From positions 31,071 through 95,070 of the IMG/VR virus record IMGVR_UViG_3300033233_000020: DNA of 64,000 nucleotides. One strand, 5' to 3'. Positions 1-9,266 of the stretch are shown here, in pieces. The DNA comes from a virus. How positions within the stretch are numbered: position 1 is the stretch's first letter; the number at the start of each line of letters is the position of its first letter. The notes under the pieces were generated by a model. It saw only the letters and a list, made by a program, of their open reading frames with translations. It was not told the DNA's origin and did not search any database. The position numbers and the translations under genes are program-made.

Positions 1-1
1 G

Positions 2-631
2 AGCTTGAACATATCCATACTTAGTGTCAGTAGCTGGATCTTTTGATGCAGCAGTAATAGGAATACCTTCTACCGTTAATACGCGATCTTCAACTACTTC
101 TCCAATGAGTGGTTTAAGAGCTGGCCCACCGTTAACCCCTGGTATGTACAAAGGGGCTGGTAACGGGTTGATAGAAGACCAATTCCCGGCAAGCTGTACG
201 TACCAGTAGTCGGCATCTTCAGTGTAAGAGTCAACTCTTGCCCTTGTTCCTGTGCTGTCAATTACGTTATCAAAACGAAGTAGAGCACTAACGCGACACC
301 CTGTCCAGTGAATACCAAACTCTCTATTAGAAGTAGGAAATCCTTGTAATACGCCAATAATTACAGGGTCATTACCAGGAGCAGGAGTAGTTCCTTCTGG
401 AACTGGTAAGGTGTAACGAAAGGGAAAATTATATGATTTTTGGATTCCTACTGTAACAGCAATTTCATAACCACGTCTCCAACGTGTCCATGCAGACTCT
501 CGGTCCATGGCAACGATGGAGTTCGGTACTGAACCCCTGGAGAATTCAGTAGTAATACGTTTGATAGCACCAAGTTTGTAATCGGTCTGGTTGTTAAAGG
601 TACCAAATTTACCCCCAACTCTTTGTACCAT
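2..631 (-). CDS. Virion structural/tail protein, partial (runs off the window's left edge)
   Basis: Hand-translated open frame from ATG at 631 (MVQRVGGKFG...AWTRWRRGYE...); continues the structural operon. Confidence 0.7.
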   Translation of the reverse strand, partial: MVQRVGGKFGTFNNQTDYKLGAIKRITTEFSRGSVPNSIVAMDRESAWTRWRRGYEIAVTVGIQKSYNFPFRYTLPVPEGTTPAPGNDPVIIGVLQGFPTSNREFGIHWTGCRVSALLRFDNVIDSTGTRARVDSYTEDADYWYVQLAGNWSSINPLPAPLYIPGVNGGPALKPLIGEVVEDRVLTVEGIPITAASKDPATDTKYGYVQA

Positions 632-633
632 CT

Positions 634-1425
634 TTAATAGAAACCGCCCTGCGCATAGACATGTGCTCCTGGCAGATAACCAGAGATATTAGGACCATCG
701 GCAAACACACCAACGTATACGCGATCACCACGCTCTAGAAAAATGCCTTTATTGCGTAGTGGTGCTGTTTCACCAAGGCCGGTAGTATTACCTGCACTCA
801 TAACAGGAGCAGATAAAGCTGGCATTACATCACTACAATCAACTTGTTGCGTATTGGCCGGAACCTTCTTAGTAAACAACACCTTGTAGTCGCCACTCGC
901 GGGAATTGGTGTAGTGGTACCTCGCGTTTGGTAGAAGACAAAATTTACGGCTGGTTGATTAGCGTAAATTGTTCCACCATAACTGAAGCCAGAGGTAACA
1001 CCCGTTGAGTAAAGAATAGCTGTGTTGATTCCCGTAAGAGTACCTGATCCTGTGTAGGTGTAAAACCCAGCACCAGCAAAAGGTGCTCCTGCTCCAGTAA
1101 GAATACCGGTACTTACGATTTGTGCAATCTGACCGCTAACAAAACTAATGGGAGTACCAGAGGTACCGGAGCTTACCGTGTGATCTACGTCACGGTAATC
1201 ATCGTTGCGGATAATGGTAATGGAATCAATTACGCCGCCACTATTATTATCTTCACTGAGGTTGGCATCCATGTCCACCAAAATAGCTGGGGCCTGACCA
1301 CCTTGTACAACCAAAGTATTTGCTGCACCAGCGATTTGAGTAGTTACTCGAACCGAATCAAATAGAGGCCGGTCAATTAGAAGGGGTTGCTTGTTGGTAC
1401 TAGTACTGGCTATTTGACTAAACAC
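634..1425 (-). CDS. Virion structural (tail) protein; start uncertain
   Basis: 263 aa, Gly/Thr/Ser-rich, ends GGFY; in virion operon. Confidence 0.6.
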   Translation of the reverse strand: MFSQIASTSTNKQPLLIDRPLFDSVRVTTQIAGAANTLVVQGGQAPAILVDMDANLSEDNNSGGVIDSITIIRNDDYRDVDHTVSSGTSGTPISFVSGQIAQIVSTGILTGAGAPFAGAGFYTYTGSGTLTGINTAILYSTGVTSGFSYGGTIYANQPAVNFVFYQTRGTTTPIPASGDYKVLFTKKVPANTQQVDCSDVMPALSAPVMSAGNTTGLGETAPLRNKGIFLERGDRVYVGVFADGPNISGYLPGAHVYAQGGFY

Positions 1426-1474
1426 CCTGTCTCTGGTAGATTGACAGGGGCCTCCGAAAACTTCTTTTATTCTA

Positions 1475-2038
1475 ATGGTACAAACAACTTTCCAGTGCTT
1501 CCTTTGTGGTGTTTTTTATGAACGCAGTGGCAACACGGCAGCATGGCATAGAAAACGGTTGCGCGACAGAGGATATACGTTTTGCTCAAAAGAATGTGGT
1601 TCTTTTAGGCATGGAGGATACAAAAATAAAACAAGTGAGTACGCTTCTTGGAATGCAATGAAAGATCGTTGTAACAATAAAAACTCCACAGCATACGCAC
1701 GATACGGCGGACGGGGCATTACACACGATCCAGCCTGGGCCGATTTTAAAAAGTTTTTAGAGGATATGGGTCCTAAAGAAAACCCAAAACTAGAACTAGA
1801 ACGTATTAACAACGATAAAGGTTATTACAAAGCGAATTGCCGCTGGGCTACACACAAAGAACAGACACGTAATCGTGGGGGTAAACGAGCAACACGGCTT
1901 TATACTTTCAATAACAAAACCATGTGTATTGCAGACTGGGCAAAAGAAGTGGGCATCAGCCCACAGTCAATGCAAAAAAGACTAAACAAAGGATGGGATT
2001 TGGATAGAGCCTTAACCCCACCCCTTAACAATACTTAA
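1475..2038 (+). CDS. Free-standing HNH homing endonuclease
   Basis: SWNAMKDRC...YGGRGI...LERINNDKGY..NCRWAT motif; C-terminal IADWAKEVGI HTH; antisense to the operon. Confidence 0.85.
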   Translation: MVQTTFQCFLCGVFYERSGNTAAWHRKRLRDRGYTFCSKECGSFRHGGYKNKTSEYASWNAMKDRCNNKNSTAYARYGGRGITHDPAWADFKKFLEDMGPKENPKLELERINNDKGYYKANCRWATHKEQTRNRGGKRATRLYTFNNKTMCIADWAKEVGISPQSMQKRLNKGWDLDRALTPPLNNT

Positions 2039-2062
2039 CTGCCTACCAAGCTTCCCTTCCTA

Positions 2063-2764
2063 TTAAAGCAGGGAAGGGAAGACTAACCCAGGAAGACCAC
2101 GCGAGAAATCGTCAACAGTAGTGTTGGGATCTGTAGGACCAGATAGTACATTCAAGAGTTCATTGTTCAACAATTTACTGATGGGAGATTGATAGTTAGC
2201 ATTCTCCAAGAAACTCTTTTGTAACATCTGCTGAAATAAATCCGACTTCTTCGGGTCACTTGTTCCTGCAGTGGTTGCTGCAGATGCAATCTGCCCCTGC
2301 CCTGGAAGATCACCAAGAACACGTTGAGCATTTGCGTACAAATCACCACCTTGCTTAAAGCGTGGTAGTGCACCAGCAACTGAAGTCCCAAAGGAATCTT
2401 TGGCGTTCAAAGAGACATTCGGATTCCCACCTAAGACAGTTGCATAAGCACGATCAATTCCCATCTCACCTGGCTTAAAGCCACGGTCAAGAAGAAATTG
2501 AACAGCTTGTGGCATCTGTTCAGCACGGGTGTATTTACCCATGCGTGAAGGATCCAGGTACTTCTTTTGTTCAGAAGGACCAAATTGAATCATCCCATAG
2601 TAGTTGCCGCCAGCACCACCCCGAATATTGGGGTCCATGTTGACGCCTGACTCTAAGGAAAGGAATGCTCCCAGTTCGTATGGATTTAATTTTAGACGTT
2701 GAGCAGCATTAAAAATTGCCTGGCGATCAGCCGTAGGTAAAATGCCAATCTTGCTTCCAGACAT
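2063..2764 (-). CDS. Virion lytic transglycosylase/lysozyme-like protein
   Basis: LESG catalytic Glu and YYGMIQF motif, then a low-complexity tail. Confidence 0.7.
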   Translation of the reverse strand: MSGSKIGILPTADRQAIFNAAQRLKLNPYELGAFLSLESGVNMDPNIRGGAGGNYYGMIQFGPSEQKKYLDPSRMGKYTRAEQMPQAVQFLLDRGFKPGEMGIDRAYATVLGGNPNVSLNAKDSFGTSVAGALPRFKQGGDLYANAQRVLGDLPGQGQIASAATTAGTSDPKKSDLFQQMLQKSFLENANYQSPISKLLNNELLNVLSGPTDPNTTVDDFSRGLPGLVFPSLL

Positions 2765-2774
2765 CGACGGTACC

Positions 2775-2891
2775 CTATTCTCCTACCCAATTTGAATTTG
2801 CCTTAAGACCGGGAACAAACACTGCTTGAAGAGCTACGACTAGACTCAGTTTTGCGGTAAGTCGACGGACAAAATTAGGGCAAAGAATCAT
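2775..2891 (-). CDS. 38-aa signal-peptide-like small ORF
   Basis: MILCPNFVRRLTAKLSLVVALQAVFVPGLKANSNWVGE, hand-translated; below the ORF-track cutoff. Confidence 0.45.
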   Translation of the reverse strand: MILCPNFVRRLTAKLSLVVALQAVFVPGLKANSNWVGE

Positions 2892-2897
2892 TGGTTT

Positions 2898-2974
2898 TTA
2901 GCAACAACACTGGTCTCCGTAGATCTTGTGATCTGTTACCCAGTAGGTGGACTTACACACTAAGGTGCTGCCAA
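2898..2974 (-). ncRNA. Structured leader RNA containing a TGTAAGT-bulge motif (copy C4)
   Basis: TTGGCAGCA/TGTTGCTAA, ACTGG/CCAGT and AGATC/GATCT stems; TGnTAAAGT extended -10 just upstream. Confidence 0.5.
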
Positions 2975-2996
2975 GTGACTCTACTTTAACAAAAGT

Positions 2997-3947
2997 TTAT
3001 TTTGCGCCTGCTTGTTTTAGGAGCTGCTCTTGATAAGCCTTGATCATTTCAGGTGTCACATCTTCGCCACTAAAGTTCATAAGCCGAGGACCTTCTCCAA
3101 GGGCGTAAATGGGACCAGCGGGATTCAGTGCTGGATCTACTTGTGGTACCAATGGTGATGGCCCCATTGTGTACTCACCAGCTCCTCTAGACATACCGGG
3201 GAAAGTACGCTCCATTAGAGGATTAAAAGCAGGAGTAGGAACTTGACCTGTCTGTTTGTAAATGGTATCAAAACCAGACTGTCCAGTTTGAACTTTTGCA
3301 GCTAATTTAGGCTTAGCCTTGGCCCACATCTCCATCCCCATGTCACGAACGGAGTTCATTTCTTCTTGGGTCTTAGCTGCAGACCTAGCCGCCTCATAAC
3401 GTAGCAACTCAGGGTCTTGAGCTGTTAATTGAGCAGTACGAGATAGTTCCTGTTGATACGCACGATCTGCAGGAGAGACTATACCAGGCTGTCCTGTAAA
3501 GGTGTTAAGGGAGTAACCAGCGTTTCCACCACCTCCACCGCCCCCACCAGGTCTAGCTGCATCTGCAAGACGTAACTCAGCACGGCGATAGGATTCACCA
3601 TCAGCACTAGGAGGAATAGAGCCAATCACACCGCGATAGCGCCTTTGATTCGCAGCAACAGCAGTGGGACTAGAGCCAGCATACCCACGTGTCTGTGTAG
3701 AAAATTGATTTTGAATACTTGTTCCAAGATTTTGTAAACTTGTAATGATATTATCGTTTGGGTTAAAAACTTTAGGCACGATATATGCAAGGTCCATTAG
3801 TGTTCCAACCGGCCCTAGCAATCCAGTCGCTCTGGGCACCCCACCTCCACTCTTAGGCATTGTTGTACGAGCGTTTAGACGTTGCCGTGCAATACTACCG
3901 GCATCGCGTCCACTGGGATTACGTAATAAAAAGTCAAGCGGGTTCAT
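2997..3947 (-). CDS. Hypothetical virion (internal) protein
   Basis: 316 aa, Gly/Ala/Pro-rich with a poly-Gly run. Confidence 0.55.
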   Translation of the reverse strand: MNPLDFLLRNPSGRDAGSIARQRLNARTTMPKSGGGVPRATGLLGPVGTLMDLAYIVPKVFNPNDNIITSLQNLGTSIQNQFSTQTRGYAGSSPTAVAANQRRYRGVIGSIPPSADGESYRRAELRLADAARPGGGGGGGGNAGYSLNTFTGQPGIVSPADRAYQQELSRTAQLTAQDPELLRYEAARSAAKTQEEMNSVRDMGMEMWAKAKPKLAAKVQTGQSGFDTIYKQTGQVPTPAFNPLMERTFPGMSRGAGEYTMGPSPLVPQVDPALNPAGPIYALGEGPRLMNFSGEDVTPEMIKAYQEQLLKQAGAK

Positions 3948-3949
3948 GC

Positions 3950-4411
3950 TTATCTCCAGTTAAGGTTTAAGAAAATACTGGAACCAGTACTTACGTCAGC
4001 AGGGCCAGGCAGCGCCTGGATAAATTCAGCACCGGAACGTTCGTAGCGATACCTGGCCTGGAACGGATCTTTGTAGTTGGGAACGTAAAGGATGTTGGCA
4101 AGTCGATTTGTCTCATAAAGATAAATCTCATCCCATACCTTTAATGCTTCCTTGGCATTACTGGATCTGATCGTACGATCAACGTCACCAGCAATGTTCT
4201 CAATCCGAGTAGAAGGCGAAGTTGCTACTTCGGTTTTCTTCTCGGCTGTGTCGCAGCGACCAACCTGAATAATGATCTTATCGTAGAAATAAGAATCAGG
4301 TACCGTGTTTAAGGATTCCTCCAGGCGAGCATAGTCACCCGCTGGTACAGAAACAACGTAATACCCCAAGTGGTATCTAACTCTACTTTTGTCGAAGTCA
4401 GATAAACGCAC
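3950..4411 (-). CDS. Probable head-tail adaptor/neck protein
   Basis: 153 aa, DKSRVRYHLGY N-terminus; position downstream of capsid genes. Confidence 0.5.
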   Translation of the reverse strand: MRLSDFDKSRVRYHLGYYVVSVPAGDYARLEESLNTVPDSYFYDKIIIQVGRCDTAEKKTEVATSPSTRIENIAGDVDRTIRSSNAKEALKVWDEIYLYETNRLANILYVPNYKDPFQARYRYERSGAEFIQALPGPADVSTGSSIFLNLNWR

Positions 4412-4446
4412 TTTTTGCCTTCAGTATTGTTTTATTATAAAAGCAC

Positions 4447-5088
4447 TTATCCAAGCAGGCCTTGTGTTGGTATTAACCTAGATAGCTCTTGGCTTAATAA
4501 CTGTTGCGTCAATGAAGGTTGTTGGCTTTGATTTAGTAATTGTTCAAATAAAGCGTATTGTAATTCTTGATCTTGACTGTCAGGCGCAGCAGATGGTGTG
4601 GCCGCCGCAGAAGCAGGAACAACGCTGGTATTAGTAAGATCAGTTGCTTCCCCCAAGTTTTTCATGTGGCCATAACCTAATTCATATTTGTTATCTCCCG
4701 TTGTCCACGTAGCAAGATTACCATAACCACCAGCATCTTTACGTGGGGTGAATTTAACGTCGCCCTCTACAAAAATTTCAGTCCCTTCTGCTCCAGCAAG
4801 ATCACGTCCTCTGTGATTAGTAGAGGCACCAGGAATACCCGTATTCCTTGGACCAAATCCAGAAGTAACTGTCAACCCAGCGGCGGGATTTAATGTGATT
4901 TCTCCGTTCTTACCTTGAAGATATTTCGGTACTCGATTAGCTCCTATCCTCACGCCCAGGAATTTGCTCTTATGGTATTTTGGGTTTTCGTATTCGCCGG
5001 TAAGTAGGTTCTTTACATACTCATGAAGGTGTGGACCACTAGAAACACCAGTGGAACCTAATTGCCCCAGTCTTGTGATATTCGCCAT
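4447..5088 (-). CDS. M23 family peptidase, circularly permuted
   Basis: GSTGVSSGPHLH at the N-terminus; HRGRD, GGYGN and YGH later. Confidence 0.8.
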   Translation of the reverse strand: MANITRLGQLGSTGVSSGPHLHEYVKNLLTGEYENPKYHKSKFLGVRIGANRVPKYLQGKNGEITLNPAAGLTVTSGFGPRNTGIPGASTNHRGRDLAGAEGTEIFVEGDVKFTPRKDAGGYGNLATWTTGDNKYELGYGHMKNLGEATDLTNTSVVPASAAATPSAAPDSQDQELQYALFEQLLNQSQQPSLTQQLLSQELSRLIPTQGLLG

Positions 5089-5104
5089 ATATTAATTTTA
5101 CCAA

Positions 5105-5128
5105 GAAAAAACCCCGGTCACCCAGGGC
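5105..5128 (-). terminator. Rho-independent terminator after the capsid genes
   Basis: GCCCTGG-GTGA-CCGGGGT followed by a U-tract on the minus strand. Confidence 0.7.
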
Positions 5129-5161
5129 AAGTAATGCGCTAAAAGCGGAAAGGTAGATGTG

Positions 5162-5593
5162 TTAAACGCGGATCAGATCGGCTGCCATTACGGATTCCCA
5201 ATCGACCCTTCTAATCTGTTTCAACTGCTCAAGACTGCTGAATTTCTCACCCGATAAAGAAAGTTGAAGATCTTTAATTTCTCGAGCAGTTTTTAGACCA
5301 ATACCCTTAATATGGTCTGCAATCATTTGGGCTGTAGCACCGTTGATGTTAAGTCTTGTGTCGGGAGGGAAAGTACGAGGTGCTTCTTTAGATGCTCGAT
5401 CTTTTACTTGAAGAGTTTTGACTTTTTGAGTCGCTTGCTCATCAGGAAGCAATTCGGTTTTGTACGCGGTATACAGGCGACCATCTTGGTCTTCGACCAT
5501 GAACCAATCACCTGCATCCCACTCACTAACAATTCTTACCCGTGCTCCAGTCTTTTTATGACGATGGAGAATTTCTTCGGTGCTAGTAGCCAT
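5162..5593 (-). CDS. Helix-hairpin-helix (ComEA-like) DNA-binding protein
   Basis: RLNINGATA...IKGIGLKTAREI...FSSLEQL. Confidence 0.75.
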   Translation of the reverse strand: MATSTEEILHRHKKTGARVRIVSEWDAGDWFMVEDQDGRLYTAYKTELLPDEQATQKVKTLQVKDRASKEAPRTFPPDTRLNINGATAQMIADHIKGIGLKTAREIKDLQLSLSGEKFSSLEQLKQIRRVDWESVMAADLIRV

Positions 5594-5634
5594 AAGACCA
5601 GATCAATTAACAATCTGGTCTTAGTTTAGCCTAA

Positions 5635-6429
5635 TCAGCTAACAGTGCGACCAGTTAAGTAGCCATCGATGTCTTCGTAGCCAGGTGCATCGTCAGGAAC
5701 GATGTAGCAAACTTCGACACAGAGGTAACCAGTGCGGCCAGCAGTTGAGTCACCGCTGGAGATGTAGAAACCACCACCAGTTGCTGTGGCGTTACCAGAG
5801 GCCTTGGAGAAGACCTTAAAGGTAGTTGCGCTGGTATAGGTAGCATAAAGTCCGGTGACGGTCGCAGACTGGCCGGTAGCGGTCAGGATGGGCACGTTAC
5901 CAAACGCTTGTACACCACCAGCGAACAAGATCTCACCCACTTGACCACCAGAAACGGTAGAAGCAAGGTTGGCTTGTGCAGTAGGCTCACCGGAATAAGC
6001 AACAGGGCTACCAGCGTTGTCGCGGCCAAAGGAGATCACGTTGCCGGTGGCGGCATAGATACCAGAAGCAACACGACCATCACCCCAACCAGAAGCAACC
6101 GAAATTGCCGTACGATAAACGTAAGCAGATTGGGTGGCGTTACCAGAGATCACCATTCCGGTGATGTCGGTACGGGTATCATCTTGCCGATAAGGCGAAG
6201 GGATGATAACAGAAGCAGTGGAGACAGGACCGCTGCCAGAGGTTGCCGTCACAGGAACGTAACCACGAGCCTGGAAGTAACGATAACCAGGGATAGCCAG
6301 CACCGAAGTGGGGCCACCTTTGGAAGAATCGTCAGTACCGTTTTGGGTATTGTCAATATTCTTATACCAGCTATTCAGGGGTTCAGCCCAGTTGCCGGGA
6401 AAGATTTTTTTAGCTGAAAGATAGGACAT
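5635..6429 (-). CDS. Minor capsid/decoration-type structural protein
   Basis: Directly after the MCP; AGAGGAA Shine-Dalgarno; Gly/Ser/Thr/Ala-rich. Confidence 0.55.
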   Translation of the reverse strand: MSYLSAKKIFPGNWAEPLNSWYKNIDNTQNGTDDSSKGGPTSVLAIPGYRYFQARGYVPVTATSGSGPVSTASVIIPSPYRQDDTRTDITGMVISGNATQSAYVYRTAISVASGWGDGRVASGIYAATGNVISFGRDNAGSPVAYSGEPTAQANLASTVSGGQVGEILFAGGVQAFGNVPILTATGQSATVTGLYATYTSATTFKVFSKASGNATATGGGFYISSGDSTAGRTGYLCVEVCYIVPDDAPGYEDIDGYLTGRTVS

Positions 6430-6458
6430 TTATTCCTCCTAATGTAATTTATTTTTTA

Positions 6459-7610
6459 TCAGACGTCGCCGTCGTCTTGCAGGAAGCTGAACGCAGTGGT
6501 AATGAAGTCCTTGTTCAGAATCTCAAAACCAGCGTACAGTTGCCAAATCAGAATGATAAATCGGCTGAAGTCATCGTTATTGTTGATGAGGACTTGAGCA
6601 TTCGGGCCACCGATACCCACGCCAACTGCTTGAGGACCGAAGAAGTAACCTTGAGCGACTTCGTAGGTACCTGCGCCAGGGGTAGTGCCCAGGGTAGCAG
6701 CTTGGTTCTTGGTTGGGAAGTTGGTGGATTCGAAGAACTTCACACCTTCAAACTGAACGCCAGTAGGCATCACAGGTTCACCGGCAAGGAAGTAACCTTG
6801 ACCAGCTTGAGGACCTTGGAAGAAGCTAGCGTTGTTAGGCATCATGGGGTTACCCATGTACATGCCTTGACCAGGATTACCGGAGTAACGTGCAATCTCG
6901 CGGAAGTCAGGGTCACGACGCAGATGCATCATGAACGTGGGGTCGCAAATACAACGATACAGACCATCAGCGAAGGTAGGAACGTTGCGCTTACGCAGGT
7001 CCTTAACAACGGTCAGAAGGTCGGTACGAACTTGGAACTGCTGAACGTTAGCAGTGTACTCGCCTGCGGTGTAAGAAGGGTTCTTGGTCTTGTTACCAGG
7101 GAAGTAGTAACCACCTTGGCTAGAAGATGCGGGACCATTTGCTTCTGCCTTGGACAGTTCGTCAAGGAAGACGCGGTCACGCCAGCGGCGGTAGTCGTCG
7201 AGCAGGGTCAGTGAACCGATGCTCTGGTGGAACATATTCAGGTTACCGGTGTCCAGCAGCATGCGCTGGGCGGTAATCAGAGTTTCACGAGCAATCTTAA
7301 AGGTGCTGGGCTGAGTCGGATCGCCGGGGTCAGCAGGACCGGTGTATTCCTTAAGCACCACAAGGACTTTCTCCTTGGTGATGTTACGGCTGTTGGCGGT
7401 ACCGATGGTCTGGTCAGCGATGCGTTCGCGGCTGTCCTTAGTACCAGGGCTGCCCCAGAACTTGTAACGGTCGAGCTGAACAGTTTGGCCAGGCTGGGAA
7501 GTAAAGTCGTGGACAACCACGGGCTCTACAGCCATCTCGCAAATGTAAGCAGGGTGGGGGCGGTAAAGTTCCGCGCCCAGAATCTTAGGAAAGTCTGTAT
7601 CAAGAAACAC
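6459..7610 (-). CDS. Major capsid protein
   Basis: 383 aa; PGQTVQLDRY, FFESTN and FFGPQAVG HK97-type segments; strong codon bias; GGAGG RBS; follows portal/scaffold. Confidence 0.85.
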   Translation of the reverse strand: MFLDTDFPKILGAELYRPHPAYICEMAVEPVVVHDFTSQPGQTVQLDRYKFWGSPGTKDSRERIADQTIGTANSRNITKEKVLVVLKEYTGPADPGDPTQPSTFKIARETLITAQRMLLDTGNLNMFHQSIGSLTLLDDYRRWRDRVFLDELSKAEANGPASSSQGGYYFPGNKTKNPSYTAGEYTANVQQFQVRTDLLTVVKDLRKRNVPTFADGLYRCICDPTFMMHLRRDPDFREIARYSGNPGQGMYMGNPMMPNNASFFQGPQAGQGYFLAGEPVMPTGVQFEGVKFFESTNFPTKNQAATLGTTPGAGTYEVAQGYFFGPQAVGVGIGGPNAQVLINNNDDFSRFIILIWQLYAGFEILNKDFITTAFSFLQDDGDV

Positions 7611-7720
7611 TTTCTTTTATCCTCCAGTGTCGCTGTGGACGATTATTTTATCGGGGAAAGATTCAGACACAAGTGTCTTATCTAACATAAATTTTAGCAG
7701 GCGCTAATTTACTAAGTAAA

Positions 7721-8308
7721 TCAAGCGTATTGCAGGCCAGAAATAGACCGCGTTGGGATAGATCGCCGGGCGCCAGGCATGTTGCTGGATTGATAAGCTT
7801 CTGGGTCAGCAATTCCTTGTTGGAAACCAGGCGTACCCATCTCACCAATTGCACCACCAAGGGCAATGCCACCTAAGCCAGCTAAGCCAGCGGAAAGAGG
7901 TACAGCGGCGGCGGCGGCACCAGGAAATGCTGCTGCGTTTAAAGTAGCCGGCAATCCCAATAGATTTGTTCTAGCAATATTGCCCACAGTCTTGGGATCG
8001 TATAAAGTTGCGGCTTGGCCACGACTCATATATTCAGGACTGTTAACAATTCCTTGATTAACACGTTCCCTAATAGAACGATTAGATTGTCCCATAGACT
8101 TATTCAAGCCCTTTTCAACTAATCCTGGAAGGGCTTGTCCATACTTACCAGCAAGTACGCGGGCACCCATCAAACCTGCTGCTCCTCCAAGGCCGCCTGC
8201 AATTGCAGCTAGTCCAGCAGAACCAGGATCTTCACCTTGAGAAAGAGCGTACCCACCCGTGGCTAGGCCAGCGGCAGCGGGTACGCCATACCTAAGATAT
8301 TGGCGCAT
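7721..8308 (-). CDS. Gly/Ala-rich membrane-like virion protein
   Basis: Multiple GxxxG hydrophobic segments. Confidence 0.55.
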   Translation of the reverse strand: MRQYLRYGVPAAAGLATGGYALSQGEDPGSAGLAAIAGGLGGAAGLMGARVLAGKYGQALPGLVEKGLNKSMGQSNRSIRERVNQGIVNSPEYMSRGQAATLYDPKTVGNIARTNLLGLPATLNAAAFPGAAAAAVPLSAGLAGLGGIALGGAIGEMGTPGFQQGIADPEAYQSSNMPGARRSIPTRSISGLQYA

Positions 8309-8312
8309 GGCC

Positions 8313-9266
8313 TCACTCCATCACAAACAGTTTGTTTGCAACAGCTTGAGCAGGAGCTTGGTTGATAACGCGCCAGGCGTTAGCAGGATCACGATCCATT
8401 ACTTCCTTAAAAGTACCCCAGAAATCCTGGGACTGTTGAGGAGAAGATGCAGCAGGAGGTGCAGGGAACTGACCCATTTGTTGCATGGGAGCTCGCGTAG
8501 GATAACCAACCGTTTCCAGTTGACCTTCGTTTTCGTACACAGGGTACGGACCTTCAGGACCAAAGAACTTCAGCGTGTAATCGCTGAGCACATCAGGGTT
8601 AGTAAGGATCTCGTTATATGCAAGATTCTCTTGATGCTCATTAACAGAAAACCGGGCGTAACCAGTCAACGTATTAGTTGCTTCGTGGCCCCATGCCACT
8701 GCGCTGTCCAGCATTGCTTCCAGGTTTAGCGCGTACTGGTTTAGTACTGCCGGAGCTTCCGTTCCGTACGCGTCGACCACCATCCGGCTTTCCGGACTCC
8801 ACTGGAGCACTTCCGCTACCTCGGCCAAGGAGGGACTCGAGGAAGTTTGGGAATAGTTGGGCGAGTAGGTCTGGTTTGTTTGCCAGGTCTGCGGAGCCGA
8901 TTGTTGCGTAGCTGGGCTGCTGACTTGTCCGTAGTTGGCCGGGATAAACTGAGTCGGACTGGCTTGTTGCGAGTACTGTCCCTGGAATGGGGATGGCACC
9001 GGGCTCCCCAGTAGGTTCACTACTTTGTTGAATGCCGACTCCCATGGGTTGCCGTTCTGTTCCGCCGGTTGGGATTGGGGGGCGTACTGAGTAGGCGCTG
9101 ATTGGTAACTGGTAACCCCCTGAGGTGCCATCTGGGGCACTGCTTGGGGATAGGCTGTTCCCACTTGGTAAGGAGCCACTGGTGACGCTTGGGTCACGTA
9201 GCTGCTTGGAGCCACTGCTGGTGCTTGGCTCATCTGTGGGATCGATTGGACGGTAGCGTCCTGCAT
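8313..9266 (-). CDS. Probable capsid scaffolding protein
   Basis: Between portal and MCP; Gln/Pro/Ser-rich N-terminal half; AAGGAG RBS. Confidence 0.6.
   Translation of the reverse strand: MQDATVQSIPQMSQAPAVAPSSYVTQASPVAPYQVGTAYPQAVPQMAPQGVTSYQSAPTQYAPQSQPAEQNGNPWESAFNKVVNLLGSPVPSPFQGQYSQQASPTQFIPANYGQVSSPATQQSAPQTWQTNQTYSPNYSQTSSSPSLAEVAEVLQWSPESRMVVDAYGTEAPAVLNQYALNLEAMLDSAVAWGHEATNTLTGYARFSVNEHQENLAYNEILTNPDVLSDYTLKFFGPEGPYPVYENEGQLETVGYPTRAPMQQMGQFPAPPAASSPQQSQDFWGTFKEVMDRDPANAWRVINQAPAQAVANKLFVME

Noticed and set aside
1426-2062. Group I intron around the HNH gene
   Set aside because: Too little non-coding sequence for a catalytic core, and the ORF is antisense
6477-7685. Long plus-strand ORFs antisense to the capsid gene (and similar shadow ORFs elsewhere)
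   Set aside because: Explained by strong codon bias of the sense gene; no RBS or motifs
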